Positions 37,336-56,775 of a stretch of DNA of 64,000 bases are shown here, piece after piece. The stretch's first letter is position 1. The number at the start of each line of letters is the position of its first letter. The DNA comes from the human T2T-CHM13v2.0 reference genome, Homo sapiens, in assembly GCF_009914755.1 (NCBI RefSeq), contig NC_060941.1. One strand, 5' to 3'. The notes under the pieces are model-generated. The model had not been told where the DNA came from. It worked only from the letters and a program-made list of their open reading frames with translations, and searched no databases. Both the position numbers and the translations under genes were made by a program.

Positions 37336-38030
37336 CTAGACAACTGTGGGTCGAAAGCATGGCAGGGGGCTGAGGAGGCCTGTCCGGGCGCTTCCCATTT
37401 CTGCCTGATTTTTACTTCTGTTTGTAGGTCTTCACGTGGCCTCTGACCCTGTCATTGACATCTTGGGTTTTCTAATTATTTTACAGTCAACCTCACTGGG
37501 TTTTCTGCAATGAGGTCTGCACTCATATCGTTTGCAATGGAGCCTAAGAACAGTCACGAATTCAGCCCTTGCCCTGTGTCAGCCACCATGCCAAGGGCCA
37601 TCTGTGCCAGCTGGGCAGCCTGCACCTTCCTCCAGGGGCTGTGTCCCGTTCCTAGTACAGAGGAAACCAACTCAGTGATTGACCAGGACAGTGCTCACTT
37701 GCTAGTGGGGGGATGCGGTTTCTGTATGACACATTCCACCTCCTTGTGATGATGTTTAAGGAAGTTGTTGATCAAGTTTGCTGAGCTACATAGTTAGAGA
37801 TCCGTTGCAAGTCTCAGGCCCGCTGCATCCCATGACCCTGGGCTTTCCACTCATTACTGTGGGACGTCTAGGATGTCTGTTTGCACGGGGCTGGCCTCAG
37901 ATGAGAAGTCAGTTGGAGGAGTCTGGCTGTCGTCAGTGTGTGGGTTTTTGCTTTTCCCTTCCTCCCTTCCTCTGCCCCATTTACTCCATATCTGTACCAG
38001 TCGTGATCAGCCTTCTAGGCTAGTGTCTAG

Positions 38031-38426
<396 letters not shown>

Positions 38427-38877
38427 TAGTGGCCGGATGACCCCTTGACTCTGTGGGCCAGGTTGCAAATGGGAATGTGTAGAACTTTCCAGCCTTTTCT
38501 CCTACCACTGTCTCTTGGGATTTCTCTGCCCTCCCCCATTTTCCTCCTTTTACTGGTTGTAATCTCAGCCCCACCCCAGCACCAGTCCTGAGTCCTCCCC
38601 TGGCCTTGGAGGGAGAGTGGAAGGAACGGGGCACCCTCTGTCACTGCACCTTTACCCACACTGCGGTGCAGCCTGGGTGGGTTTCAGGCCGGCCTGGAGC
38701 TGTTTCTGAGCTGAAGCTGAGCCCTGATGAGCCTCAGGGGCCCTGCCTGAGCCCTCATGCCAGGGTCTTGGCTGCACTGCAGCTCCTCCTGTGGCTCTCA
38801 CAGGTGTGGTGGTGGGGCACGGATGGGGTCTGCTGCCCTAGCTGTGGTGCTGGGGCAGCTCTGGACACTGCCGGTGA

Positions 38878-39210
<333 letters not shown>

Positions 39211-39341
39211 TAGCTATTATAATGATTTTCTCTGATTGCAAAAATAAGTGCTTGACTAGAGTGACTGAAAGCACACAGGCAAGAAATAAAACCACCCGTG
39301 ATTTTACCACTCACTGTGGTCATGTCAGTAGTTTTTCCTAG

Positions 39342-39701
<360 letters not shown>

Positions 39702-40705
39702 TGAAGCTTCGTGTGGTATCATGAGCAGCCTCTGTGTGCGCGTGTTTAGGAGGTTGTGGCGTGACGCCAGCCTGAACTCATCCCCTCAAGGACATCTGCA
39801 GAAGCAGCGTGAATGTTCTCCCCATGCCCCTGCCTGTGCCGTGTCTAGTTCAGGAAACACAGTGTGACTGTCCTGGGCCTGAAATGTTCAGTGGTGAGAA
39901 GGCGATGGCCTTTGACTTGGTACCTGCTCAGACCCCACTGAGCTCTGCACTCTCTCTGCGTGTGTTGATTTGAACGTGAGAATGACATTAGGTAGCCTTT
40001 CCTGACCAGCATGTCTTATCACGACATCTGCCTCTCAGTTTTACACATTTATTTATTTGTTGTTTTGAGACAGTGTCTTACTCTGTTCCCCCAGTCTGGA
40101 GTGCAGTGGAGCAATCAGCTCACTGCAGCTTCAGCCTCACAGACTCAGGTGGTTCTCCCACCTCAGCCTCCTGAGTAGCTGGGACTGCAGATACACACCA
40201 CCACTTCCAGCTAATTTTTGTATTTATTGTAGAGACGGGGTTTCACCATGTTGCCACGGTGGTCTTGAGCTCCTGACCTTGTGATCCGCCTGCCTCGACC
40301 TCCCAAAGTGCTGGGATTATAGACATGAGCCACTGTGCCTGGCCTGGTTTTACAAATAAAAAACAACCAAATAAACGCCGCACATTTTGACAAAGAGGAG
40401 GAGTGGAGGCAAAGGCAATGTACAGAGTTAGTGCCGGGGCTTAAAGTATGAGGAATCATTAATATCTTTTGACTGTAGGAGATTCACCATGTATTGTTTA
40501 TAGGCTCAACCCTTACGTTTAAAAAGTTGTTTTGGGGCCGGGCACGGTGGCTCACGCCTGTAATCCCAGCACTTTGGGAGGTCGAGGCAGGCGGATCACA
40601 AGGTCAGGAGTTCGAGACCAGCCTGACCAACATGGTGAAACACTGTCTCTACTAAAAATACAAAATTTAGCCGGGCGTGGTGGTGCATGCCTGTAATCCC
40701 AGCTA

Positions 40706-40813
<108 letters not shown>

Positions 40814-40987
40814 TCAAAAAAAAAAAAAAGTTGTTTTGGCCGGGCATTATGGCTCACACCTGTAATCCCAGTGCTTTGGGAGGCTGAGGCAGGAGGGATT
40901 GCTTGAGCCAGGAGTTCAGGATCAGTCTGGGAAACAAAAATTAAAATAAAAAATAGAGCCGGCCAACACAGTGAAACCCTGTCTCTA

Positions 40988-41260
<273 letters not shown>

Positions 41261-41526
41261 TTATAATGATCGCACCACCGCGCTGCCTTGATGACAGAGT
41301 GAGACTCTGTCTCTAAACAATGAAAATAAATTTTACAAGTTGCTTTATATTTAGATTTACTGTTGCCAGATGGCCTGGGTTCAAACCCCAGCTCTGTCAG
41401 TCAGGACCCTGCGTTGACTACTTAGCCAGGACCCCTGCTTCTGAGATCCCTCCCCTGTCCTGGGAGTTTGTTGTGGGGATTCGGTGAGGGCCTGCAAAGG
41501 AGCTGACGCCCTAGGCTGGGGGCTGA

Positions 41527-41886
<360 letters not shown>

Positions 41887-42018
41887 TAAGTCGTAGAGTT
41901 GTGCTTATCTACATGAATCTGGGAAGACTGACTCCTACATTGTGCACCCGGAGTCCCGGTGGGCTCTGCAGTGACTCCATTCCTGATTCTAATGACAGAA
42001 CTAACACACGCTCTTTTA

Positions 42019-42473
<455 letters not shown>

Positions 42474-42899
42474 TTAAAAGAACAACAACAAATGATGTGT
42501 TATTTATTCTGGTTTACAACCTGATTTTTCCTCTTAACAGTATTTTGTGAACCATTTTTTCCATCAGCAAATTCTTGTCTATGTCTTAGCGTTCCAGCCA
42601 GAGAGAGTGCCAGCCTTGTATTGAGCCAGTTCTCTGTTACAGGACATTTGGTTGGTTGTGCAGTTTCGTTTTTTCAGCGTGCTTTCATAAGCATCCTTAG
42701 CTTTCTCTGTCCCATAACTTCATTGAGATAGATTCCTACAAGTGGAACTGCTAGGTCAAAGGCATTGTGAACTCTAAACCATTTATACCTTTGCATAATG
42801 CTGGCTTAAAGGAGAGGAATATTGGCAATATATATAATCCTGATCTCTGATTCAAATATAATGACCTCTCCTTTATCACAAGAAAATATTACCAGAGAA

Positions 42900-44613
<1,714 letters not shown>

Positions 44614-45938
44614 CTGGGCAAAGATTGGAGAAAAATTATGGAGAAGTCCTTAAAAGCACAGGCGACAAAAGTAAAGTGAGATAAATGGGATTACATCAAA
44701 TCAAAAAGCTTCTGTGCAGCAAAGGAAACTATCAACAGAGTGAAGAGACAGTCCACGGAATGGGAGAAAATATTTGTCATCTACACGTTGGATAGGGGGA
44801 TTTAAGGAACTCAAACAAGTGAACAGAAAAACTCAGATCTAAAAATGGACAAATGAGTTGAGTAGTCATCTAAAAAGAAGACACACAAATAACCAACAGG
44901 CATATGAAAAAATGATCAGCATCATTAATTAGGGAAATGCAAATCAAAACCACAATGAGATATGGTCTTACCCAAGTTAGAATAGCTGTGATCAAAAAGA
45001 CAAAAAATAAATGCCAGTGAGGATGTGGGAAAGAGAAACTCTCATACAGTGTAGGAATGTAAATTAGTACTGCCACTATGGAGGACAGTATAAAGGTTCC
45101 TGAAGAAACTAAAAATAGAACTACTGTATGATCCAGCAATCGTACTGCTGGGGATATATCCAAAGTAAAGGAAATCAGTATGTTGAAGAGATAGCTGCAC
45201 TCCTATATTTATCGTAACACTCAATAGCCATAATATGGAATCATCCTGAGTGTCCACCCGCAGATGAGTGGATGAAGAAAGTGTTGTCTATATACACAGT
45301 AGAATACTATTTGGCCACCAAAAAGAATGAAATTCTGTCTTTCGCAGCAACATGGACAAGCTTGGAGGAGATTACGTTAAGTGAAATAAGCCAGGCGCAG
45401 AAAGAGAAATACTGCATATTCCCACTCATACGTGGATGTGAAAAGAGTTGATCTTCTAGAAGGAGAGAGTAGAATAGTAGTTACGAGAGGCGAGGAAGGA
45501 TGGGGAGAGGGCTAGCCAAAGGTTGGCTAGTGGATACAAAAGTATGGCTAGATAGGACGAGTAAGTTCTAGGGTCCTAGAGCAGTATGGAACGACTGTAA
45601 TTTACAATTTATTACGTTTTTCAAATAGCTGGAAGAGTGGAGTTTGAATGTTTCCAACACAAAGAAATAAATGTTTGAGATAGATATGCTAATTACCCTG
45701 ATTTGTACACATTATACACTGTATGCATATATATTGTATCCATATATTTGTACAGATTACAGACTGTATACTTTGTACATAGTATACATTGTAGACATAT
45801 TTATATGTATATACAGTGCATAAAATGTATTCTCTGTATGCATTTGTATACATTATGTATTGTATACATATATAGAAATATAACACTGTTCCCCATAAAT
45901 ATGTACAATTATTATGTGTCAGTTTAAAAATAATAAAA
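44614..45938 (+). mobile_element. 5'-truncated L1 (L1MA-like 3' end)
   Basis: aaaagcttctgtgcagcaaaggaaactatcaacagagtgaagagac...gaaatgcaaatcaaaaccacaatgagat...ccccataaatatgtacaattatt. Confidence 0.88.
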
Positions 45939-46919
45939 GCAGCTGGGCTTGGTGGCTCATGCCTATAATCCCAGTACTTTGGGAGGCCCAGGCAGGAGGA
46001 TTGTTTGAGGCCAGGAGTTCAAGACCAGTCTGGGCACATAGTAAAACCCAGTTTCTACAAAAAAACAAACAAAAAAAATAGTTAGGCATGGTGGGGTGTA
46101 CCTGCAGTCCCAGCTACTTGGGAGGCTTACATGAGAGGATCGCTTGAGCCAGGGAGGTCAAGGCTGCAGTGGTAGAAGTCCAGATTCCCTAGAAGTTGAA
46201 ATAAAAGCATCTTTATTTTCAGATTCTTGACAGGTAACCACAAACTTTCTCTTTAAGTATAATCTCTCTGAAATACTGAATACTGGGTTATTTAATAGAA
46301 CAGTCATAATGACCACAGATTAACCCTTCTAAGCAAAATAGATTAATTTATTTTGGCCTTGAAATGGTCTTTCTCTTATTAATGTGCTAGAATGTATTCA
46401 TTCATTCACTGGATGAATACTTGAAGAGCACCTTCCTTGTGCCAGGAAGTACTACTCAAGGCACAGCGTGTACAGCACTGCTCAAAACAGACAGCTGCTC
46501 CTGGCCTTGTGGAGCTTGCATTCTAGCTGGAGAGGCAGGCAGTTAATACATCAGTAAGTCCTATTGATGAGAGAGCTCTGGAAATTCCTCCTTCCCCTAG
46601 CCTGGAGGCTCAGGCCACAGAATCTGCTAAGGTCTGAAGGTAGGGTAGGAGAACAGAGGTAATGACTGCAGCACTCTGGGCCTTGCAGTGAGAACAAGAC
46701 AGTGACCATCCAATTGGGAAAGGGGCTGGAGAACTGAAAGAGACGCCCCCTCATAAAGCATGATGCTCAGAGCCTGCCAAATGCCAAAGACTGGGGACAG
46801 CAGAAAAAATGAGGCAGTTGCTCTGTGCCCCTGGATCCCAACTTCTGCTAAAGGCAGTGTTACGGTCTTGCCTTTAGAAGGCGTAAAAGCCTTTGGAAAC
46901 CAATTCTATTCCTTTTCTT

Positions 46920-46950
<31 letters not shown>

Positions 46951-46952
46951 GA

Positions 46953-47282
<330 letters not shown>

Positions 47283-47819
47283 TAGTTCATCTAAACTATT
47301 AACTCAGCCCCTGATAACAGAAGAGGCCACTAGATGATCAAGAGAGAAAACAGTCAATATAGTCAGACCCATGGATGGTCCATATTTACCTAGAAAGGCT
47401 AGATATAGTAGAAATATAGAGTACCTTTTATTATTATTGCTATTTTTATGTACTTATCTTTAAATATCTTGAAAAGTCTGCAGTAGCATTGTTCCTAAAG
47501 ATCCAATCGTTCAGGTAAAAGTGGCCTTTAGTATGCAGTGAACCTTTATTGATATGTTTTTCATAACTTCTGTTACTTCTAGGGAGCCTTGCTTTATTTC
47601 TTTTCCATTGTCAACATTTTGGGTCTCCAGTACTGTGTTCCAGAATCAGCATTATTTAAGGGCCTTCGCTGAGCCCACTTGGGCTGTTTGATCCTGGACA
47701 CTCGTTAATAATAATTAAGAGGCTTGGCTGGGTGCAGTGGCTCACACCTGTAATCCCAGCACTTTGGGAGGCCAAGGCAGGTGGATCACAAGGTCAGGAG
47801 ATCGAGACAAGCCTGGCTA

Positions 47820-48072
<253 letters not shown>

Positions 48073-48549
48073 TTATTGTAAAATATACATAATCTCCAGT
48101 TTACCATGTTAACTCCTTTTCAAGGCACAGTTCCCTGGCACCAAGCACATTCACACTGCTGTGTAGCCGTCAGCACCATCCACCTCCCGAACTCAGCTTC
48201 CCCAGCTGAAACTCCATCCCCATGAAACACGACCTCCACACTCCCCCTCCTCCTGGTAACCACTGTTCTCCTCTCTGTCTCTAGGATTTTGACTTCTCTG
48301 GGGACCTCACGTGAGTGGAATCACACAGGATTTGTCCTTTTGTGTCTGATTTATTTCACTGAGCATAATGTCAAGATTCATCCATCTCAATGAATTCTTT
48401 TTGTGTATTTATTTATTTATTTGTAGAGATGGAATCTTGCTATGTTGCCCAGGTTGGTCTCAAACTGCTGGCCTCAAGCTATCCATCCTCCTGCTTTGGC
48501 CTCCCAAGTTGTGGGGATTACAGACATGAGCCACTGCACCCAGCAGTGA

Positions 48550-48708
<159 letters not shown>

Positions 48709-49519
48709 TAATTTAGGATTTTTAGTAGAGACGGGATTTCTCCATGTTGGTCAGGCTGGTCTTGAACTCCCAACCTCAGGTGATCTGCCTGCCTCGGCCT
48801 CCCAAAGTGCTGGGATTACAGACGTGAGCCACTGCGCCCGGCCTGATTTTATTACTATTTTTTAATATTACTGCTCCTTGTAGAACAGGGCTACCCCATA
48901 GGAGCATGCCCAGAATGGCCAGCAGTGAATTCTTATTCCGTATTCTGAATTCTATATTAAGTTAATTCTCCTTTTTTCTTTCCTTTTTTTTTTTTGAGAC
49001 AGAGTCTCACTCTGTTGCCCAGGCTGGAGTGCAGTGGCGTGATCTCGGCTCACTGCAATCTCTGCCGCCGGGGCTCAAGTGATTCTTCTGCCTCAGCCTC
49101 CTGAGTAGCTGGGATTACAGGATTACAGGCATGTGCCACCATGCCTGGCTGATTTTTGTATTTTTAGTAGAGACGCAGTTTCACCGTGTTGGCCAGGCTG
49201 GTTGCAAACTTCTAACCTCAACTGATCCACCTGCCTCAGCCTCCCAAAGTGCTGGGATTCAGGCGTGAGCCACCACGCCCGGCCATTAAGTTAATTCTCA
49301 GTAGGTTGTTCTGTACTTTTCATTTGATTCACTGCATATTTTTGTTTTCCACATAGCCTTTATTTTATTTTTTAAAGTAGAGACAGGGCCTCACTAGGTT
49401 CCCCAGGCTGGTTTCAAGCTCCTGGGCTCAAGTGATCCTCCCGAGTCAGCCTCCCAAGTATTGGGATTCAGGTGTGAGCCACCACGCCTGCCCTCAAGTA
49501 GTATTTAAATCATTTTTGA

Positions 49520-49843
<324 letters not shown>

Positions 49844-49998
49844 TGAAGTCGGCTCTGGAGTCCTGGCTTAGCAAAAGCAGACTAGATAACTAAACATGGA
49901 AAGCTCAGGATTCTTATTCCTAAAAAACAGACAGTGGGCTGGGTGCGGTGGCTCACGCCTGAATCCCAGCACTTTGGGAGGCCGAGGCGGGCAGATCA

Positions 49999-50310
<312 letters not shown>

Positions 50311-50493
50311 TTAAATCCTGAGTTTTATCTGTAAAAGAGGTAAGATTAGTATGTGAGCACCTTAAAATTTGTTTGTAGGAAGAAAACAATGTATACCATA
50401 TTGATGTTGGATTTTTTTCAGCTCTGTTTTAGCAATGACAGTGGCATTGTGATTCAATCTTTTGTCCTGTTTTTCTTTTTTTCTCTGCCTTAG

Positions 50494-50567
50494 GATGTTC
50501 AGGATGTTCAGAACGTTCAGAACATTTTAGAAATGCTGTTGCGACTCCTGGACACTTACCGGGACAA
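50494..50567 (+). CDS. RNF213: RNF213 exon 13
   Basis: cttag|GATGTT...GACAA|GTAAGT; 74 nt; DVQDVQNVQNILEMLLRLLDTYRD. Confidence 0.95.
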
Positions 50568-50934
50568 GTAAGTGGAAAGCACGATGCAGTCTCTCCCTCA
50601 CATGCGGCCCCCGGGGGCTTCCTCTGACCCCTATAATTGGCCGTGACCCACATGTGCTGTTGTAACAGCAAGGTCATAAATTAATATGTGGCCCACTTCT
50701 CTTCTCAGGTTATTAATATTGTCGTCTGTTTTTTTTTTTTTTTTTTTGAGTCAGAGTCTTACTCTGTTGCCCAGGCTGGAGTGCAGTGACGCAATCTTAG
50801 CTCACTACAACTTCTATCTCCTGGTTCAAGTGATTCTCCTGTCTCAGCCTCCCGAGTAGCTGGGATTACAGGCGCACCCCACCACGCCCAGCTAATTTTT
50901 GTGTGTTGGTTTGTTTGTTTGTTTGTTTTTTTGA

Positions 50935-51039
<105 letters not shown>

Positions 51040-51042
51040 TGA

Positions 51043-51291
<249 letters not shown>

Positions 51292-51724
51292 TGATCTTTT
51301 TTCCTATACATTTTTCCCTTACTTGTAAATAGTCATGATACTGCATATGCCTGGTGGGCGTTCTGCATTTTTTTAATACTTAGTCAGTTTAAGATAAAAA
51401 TCAAAGGTAGCTTTATATAATTATCCAAAATCATTTGCTCCTGCAAACTTGTGACCTCTGATACCCTGAGGGGTCAGCAGACAGAATGCAGAACCACTGA
51501 AATGTGCCAGTGAGCGATGGGATGGGTGTTGTCTGAGCTGTTCTCTGAGCGGCTCGGGCACTTCCAGTCTTCGTTCACCTCCTTTGTTCACGTCTCTGCC
51601 GATGTTGATCCAGCACCTGTGACTTGAGGATCCCCCCCACAAGCTCCCTATCTCCCCACCACTGTGTGTCACATTCTCAGCCCAGGGAGTCCTTTCTTAC
51701 ACCGCCTTCCCAGCCCCCTCCATC

Positions 51725-51928
51725 AACTCTCCTCTTAAGCTCCTCCTAAGTGTCCTCTTAAGTCTCTCCTGAGTCCCCTCCTGAGTCCCTCCCAAGGCTC
51801 CTCCTGAGTCCCTCCTAAGCCTCCTTCTGAGTCCCTCCTAAGCCTCCTCCTAAGTCCCCTCCTGAGTCCCTCCTAAGGCTCCTCCCGAGTCCCTACCGAG
51901 TCCCTCCTAAGGCTCCTCCTAAGTCCCT
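51725..51928. repeat. Degenerate ~12-bp tandem repeat (CTCCTAAGTCCC / CTCCTGAGTCCC)
   Basis: Repeated ctcct(a/g)ag core. Confidence 0.85.
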
Positions 51929-52345
51929 GCTCTGTCCATGTGTCCCTCAGAAAACACAAAACCCAGGCCCGGCAGAGCTGGAGCCAATTCCACACGGGCT
52001 GCACGCTCTTCTACTATTTCTTTCTCTTCCTCCCTCCTTTCTGTTTCTTTCTGAATATTTTTTCAAATTTATGTCATATTTTAATGTCTAGTAATAAACA
52101 TCCCTTGCCTTTTTTCACATCTTGGAACGCACTGAGGAGTGTTTGGACTTGCTTTGGTTAGAACAGTTGAGACTACAGAGACAAAACAAGAGGACTTTGC
52201 TTCCTTTTTATCTTAGTCACAAGTTCAGGACTGACTGAGATTTTCCAGACGTTAACCTAGATAAGGTCAAACAAATGCCCTGTTGGTAGTTATTTTGAAG
52301 GAAGGAGCTAGTCATCAATGGTAACCATTTTCTGGCTTCTCCTAA

Positions 52346-52780
<435 letters not shown>

Positions 52781-52999
52781 TAATGTGTGGCCATCAGCTG
52801 GTCATGGGGAAACCAGAGAGCTGGCGCAGGGGCTGGGGGTCAGGCAACGCCACGCGGAGAAGACGACTTTTCTTTTTTCTTGATTCTGTTGTTTGCAGAG
52901 AACTACGGGGACCATTTTCCTCCCAAAAAATACATGTCCAAACATGGTCTTTCCCACCTTCTTGACATTGTAGCTTGAATACAGTAACAAAGGCCATAG

Positions 53000-53356
<357 letters not shown>

Positions 53357-53637
53357 TGATCCGCCTGCCTTGGCCTCCAAAGTGCTGGGATTACAGGCTT
53401 AAACCACCACGCCCAGCCTCCCATGGATCAGTTTTACCTGTCTTCCAGCTTTGACCTTTCTGCCTCCGACTTTCCCCACTCACCCCCATGTCTCTGAGCT
53501 CTGTCTGTGTGGTGCAGAGATCGGCAATTCCTTCTTTCCCGTCTCTGTGCAGTTTTCACCCACTTGAGTTCATGAGTTTCAGTTTGAAAGTGATGTAAGG
53601 TTTAATGTTTAGACTGATCATTTGTTTGTTTTTTTGA

Positions 53638-53934
<297 letters not shown>

Positions 53935-54916
53935 TGAGACAGAGTTTCACTCTTGTTGCCCAGGCTGTAGTGCAATGGCGTGATCTCGGCTCACCACAAC
54001 CTCCGCCTCCTGGGTTCAAGTGATTCTCCTGCCTCAGCCTCCCGAGTAGCTGGGATTACAGGCATGTGCCACTAAACCCAGCTAATTCTGTATTTTTAGT
54101 CGAGACAGGATTTCTACATGTTGGTCAGGCTGGCCTTGAACTCCTGACCTCAGGTGATTCGCCTGCCTCAGCCTCCCAAAGTGCTAGGATTACAGGCATG
54201 AGCTACTGCACCCGGCTGATCATTTTTTTTAATCTTACTTCAAGTTAGAACTGTGACGTTAGTGATAGAAAACAATTAAGTGTATGTTTTAACTTTCTTC
54301 CTTTCAGTTTTCTTGTGTTAAAGTACCACAGACACAGTTTAAGAATAAATGTCATTGGTGAGATGATCACGTTCTCTGGAGTGGCTGCTATTTAAACCGC
54401 CACAGGCAGCTGCCAACTTCCACATAAACTGTGTTTAAGGAATTTGTCAGTTACTTAGGATTTATTTTCTACAGAAATAACTATCTTAAATGTTGGCTGG
54501 GATCTCAGATAAGTTTAATCCATATTATGGACAAAATACTCTCTACCTGTGCCATAAAAGCAAACAAACAAACAAAAAACCTTTGCAATACTAAAATTAA
54601 ACAAAGCAAAAATACGTGACGCATGTTGAAGAAACTTTTAGGTGTCTGCTGCTGTGAAGGCTCCAGGGTTGACGGACACTTGGAGAACAAGGTGCCCGTG
54701 TCAGGCTCCGGAGGTCTGTGCAGCCTCTGAGCGGTCATTCAGTTTGTTGTTATTGGCCATCGCTGTCCAGCCCTGTGCTGCTGGATTGTTCTAGAAGGAG
54801 CTGTGCCATTGGGGGGACCTTCAGCAGTGCCTGTTTCGTTTTCTGTCGGCCCCCGCCCCCTGCGTGCTGTGCTCTAGTCACTCCTGTGCCCAGCCCCCTC
54901 TGCGGGCTCTCTTTCA

Positions 54917-55471
<555 letters not shown>

Positions 55472-55731
55472 TTACAGAGTGAGACTCTGTCTCAAAAAAA
55501 AGAAAAAAAAGAAAAAGAAAAGAAAAAGACCACACATTAATCCAGGACTGTGGGGCTCCTCCCAGGAGGAGGTGGCCCTGACCCCTGACCTGTATGCTTC
55601 CTGGGAAATGTGCTTCTGGGGAGGACAGAGGGAGGAGGAAGGAGAGGGAGGAAGAGGAAGGCAGGGGAGAGAAGGGAGGCATTACAGGAGGCTTTGAGCC
55701 CAGGGGAAGAGGGGTTTTCCCTCTGGTCTGG

Positions 55732-55994
55732 TGGGTCCGGCACGGAGGCGGGGGGAGAGCATGATGGGAGCACAGTGGGAAGGGGACCCAGGTTTACCTC
55801 CGGGTCAGGAGCCTGGCTGTGGTCTGGCATGGAGGCAGGGGGAGGGCATGATGGGAGCACAGTGGGAAGGGGACCCAGGTTTACCTCCGGGTCAGGAGCC
55901 TGGCTGTGGTCTGGCATGGAGGCAGGGGGAGGGCATGATGGGAGCACAGTGGGAAGGGGACCCAGGTTTACCTCCGGGTCAGGAGCCTGGCTGT
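55732..55994. repeat. 87-bp tandem repeat, 3 copies
   Basis: atgatgggagcacagtgggaagggg starts at 55761, 55848 and 55935. Confidence 0.93.
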
Positions 55995-56371
55995 CTCCTG
56001 TGTCTAAGGAACAGGCCCGGGAGTCTGCAGGGCCCCTCTCTGGGGCGTGCTTTTCCCCCTCAGTCTCCTGGGCACAGCCTGGGGACCTGCTCATTGGCAG
56101 GACAGAGGCTGCCTGGGCTTTCGGGGGAGCACACAGATGCCGTTCCCTCCCTCCCTCTTTTCTCCCGTATCTCCCACGTTCAGGGTGAACCCAGAAAACC
56201 CTGGGGAATGGAAGTGCTTTGGGAATGTGGGCTTCTGCCAAGGCCTGTGGTCCCTCCATCGTAGCCACTCCTTGAGCAGCCTGTGCCAGCAGGGAGGAGA
56301 GGAGGGGGTGCAGCATCTCGCCGGGAACCTGAGTCCACAGCCGAGGATGACTGACCCTCCCTCTTGTGTGA

Positions 56372-56560
<189 letters not shown>

Positions 56561-56775
56561 TAGGGATGTGACTGATCGTGATTCCTCATGGCCTCAAATC
56601 ATGGGGTACAGGCTGCTGGCCAGGGGCAGTTGTTGGCCTTCACCTGAGCCTCAGTTCTTCATCTACAAAATGGAGTTGCTCCTGTCTACCTGGCAGGGTG
56701 GCTCTGAGGCAGACAGATGCCGGGTGCAAAGTGCTGCTGCACTGCCTCGTGTCCCCTGGCCGGGCACAGTCCCTG

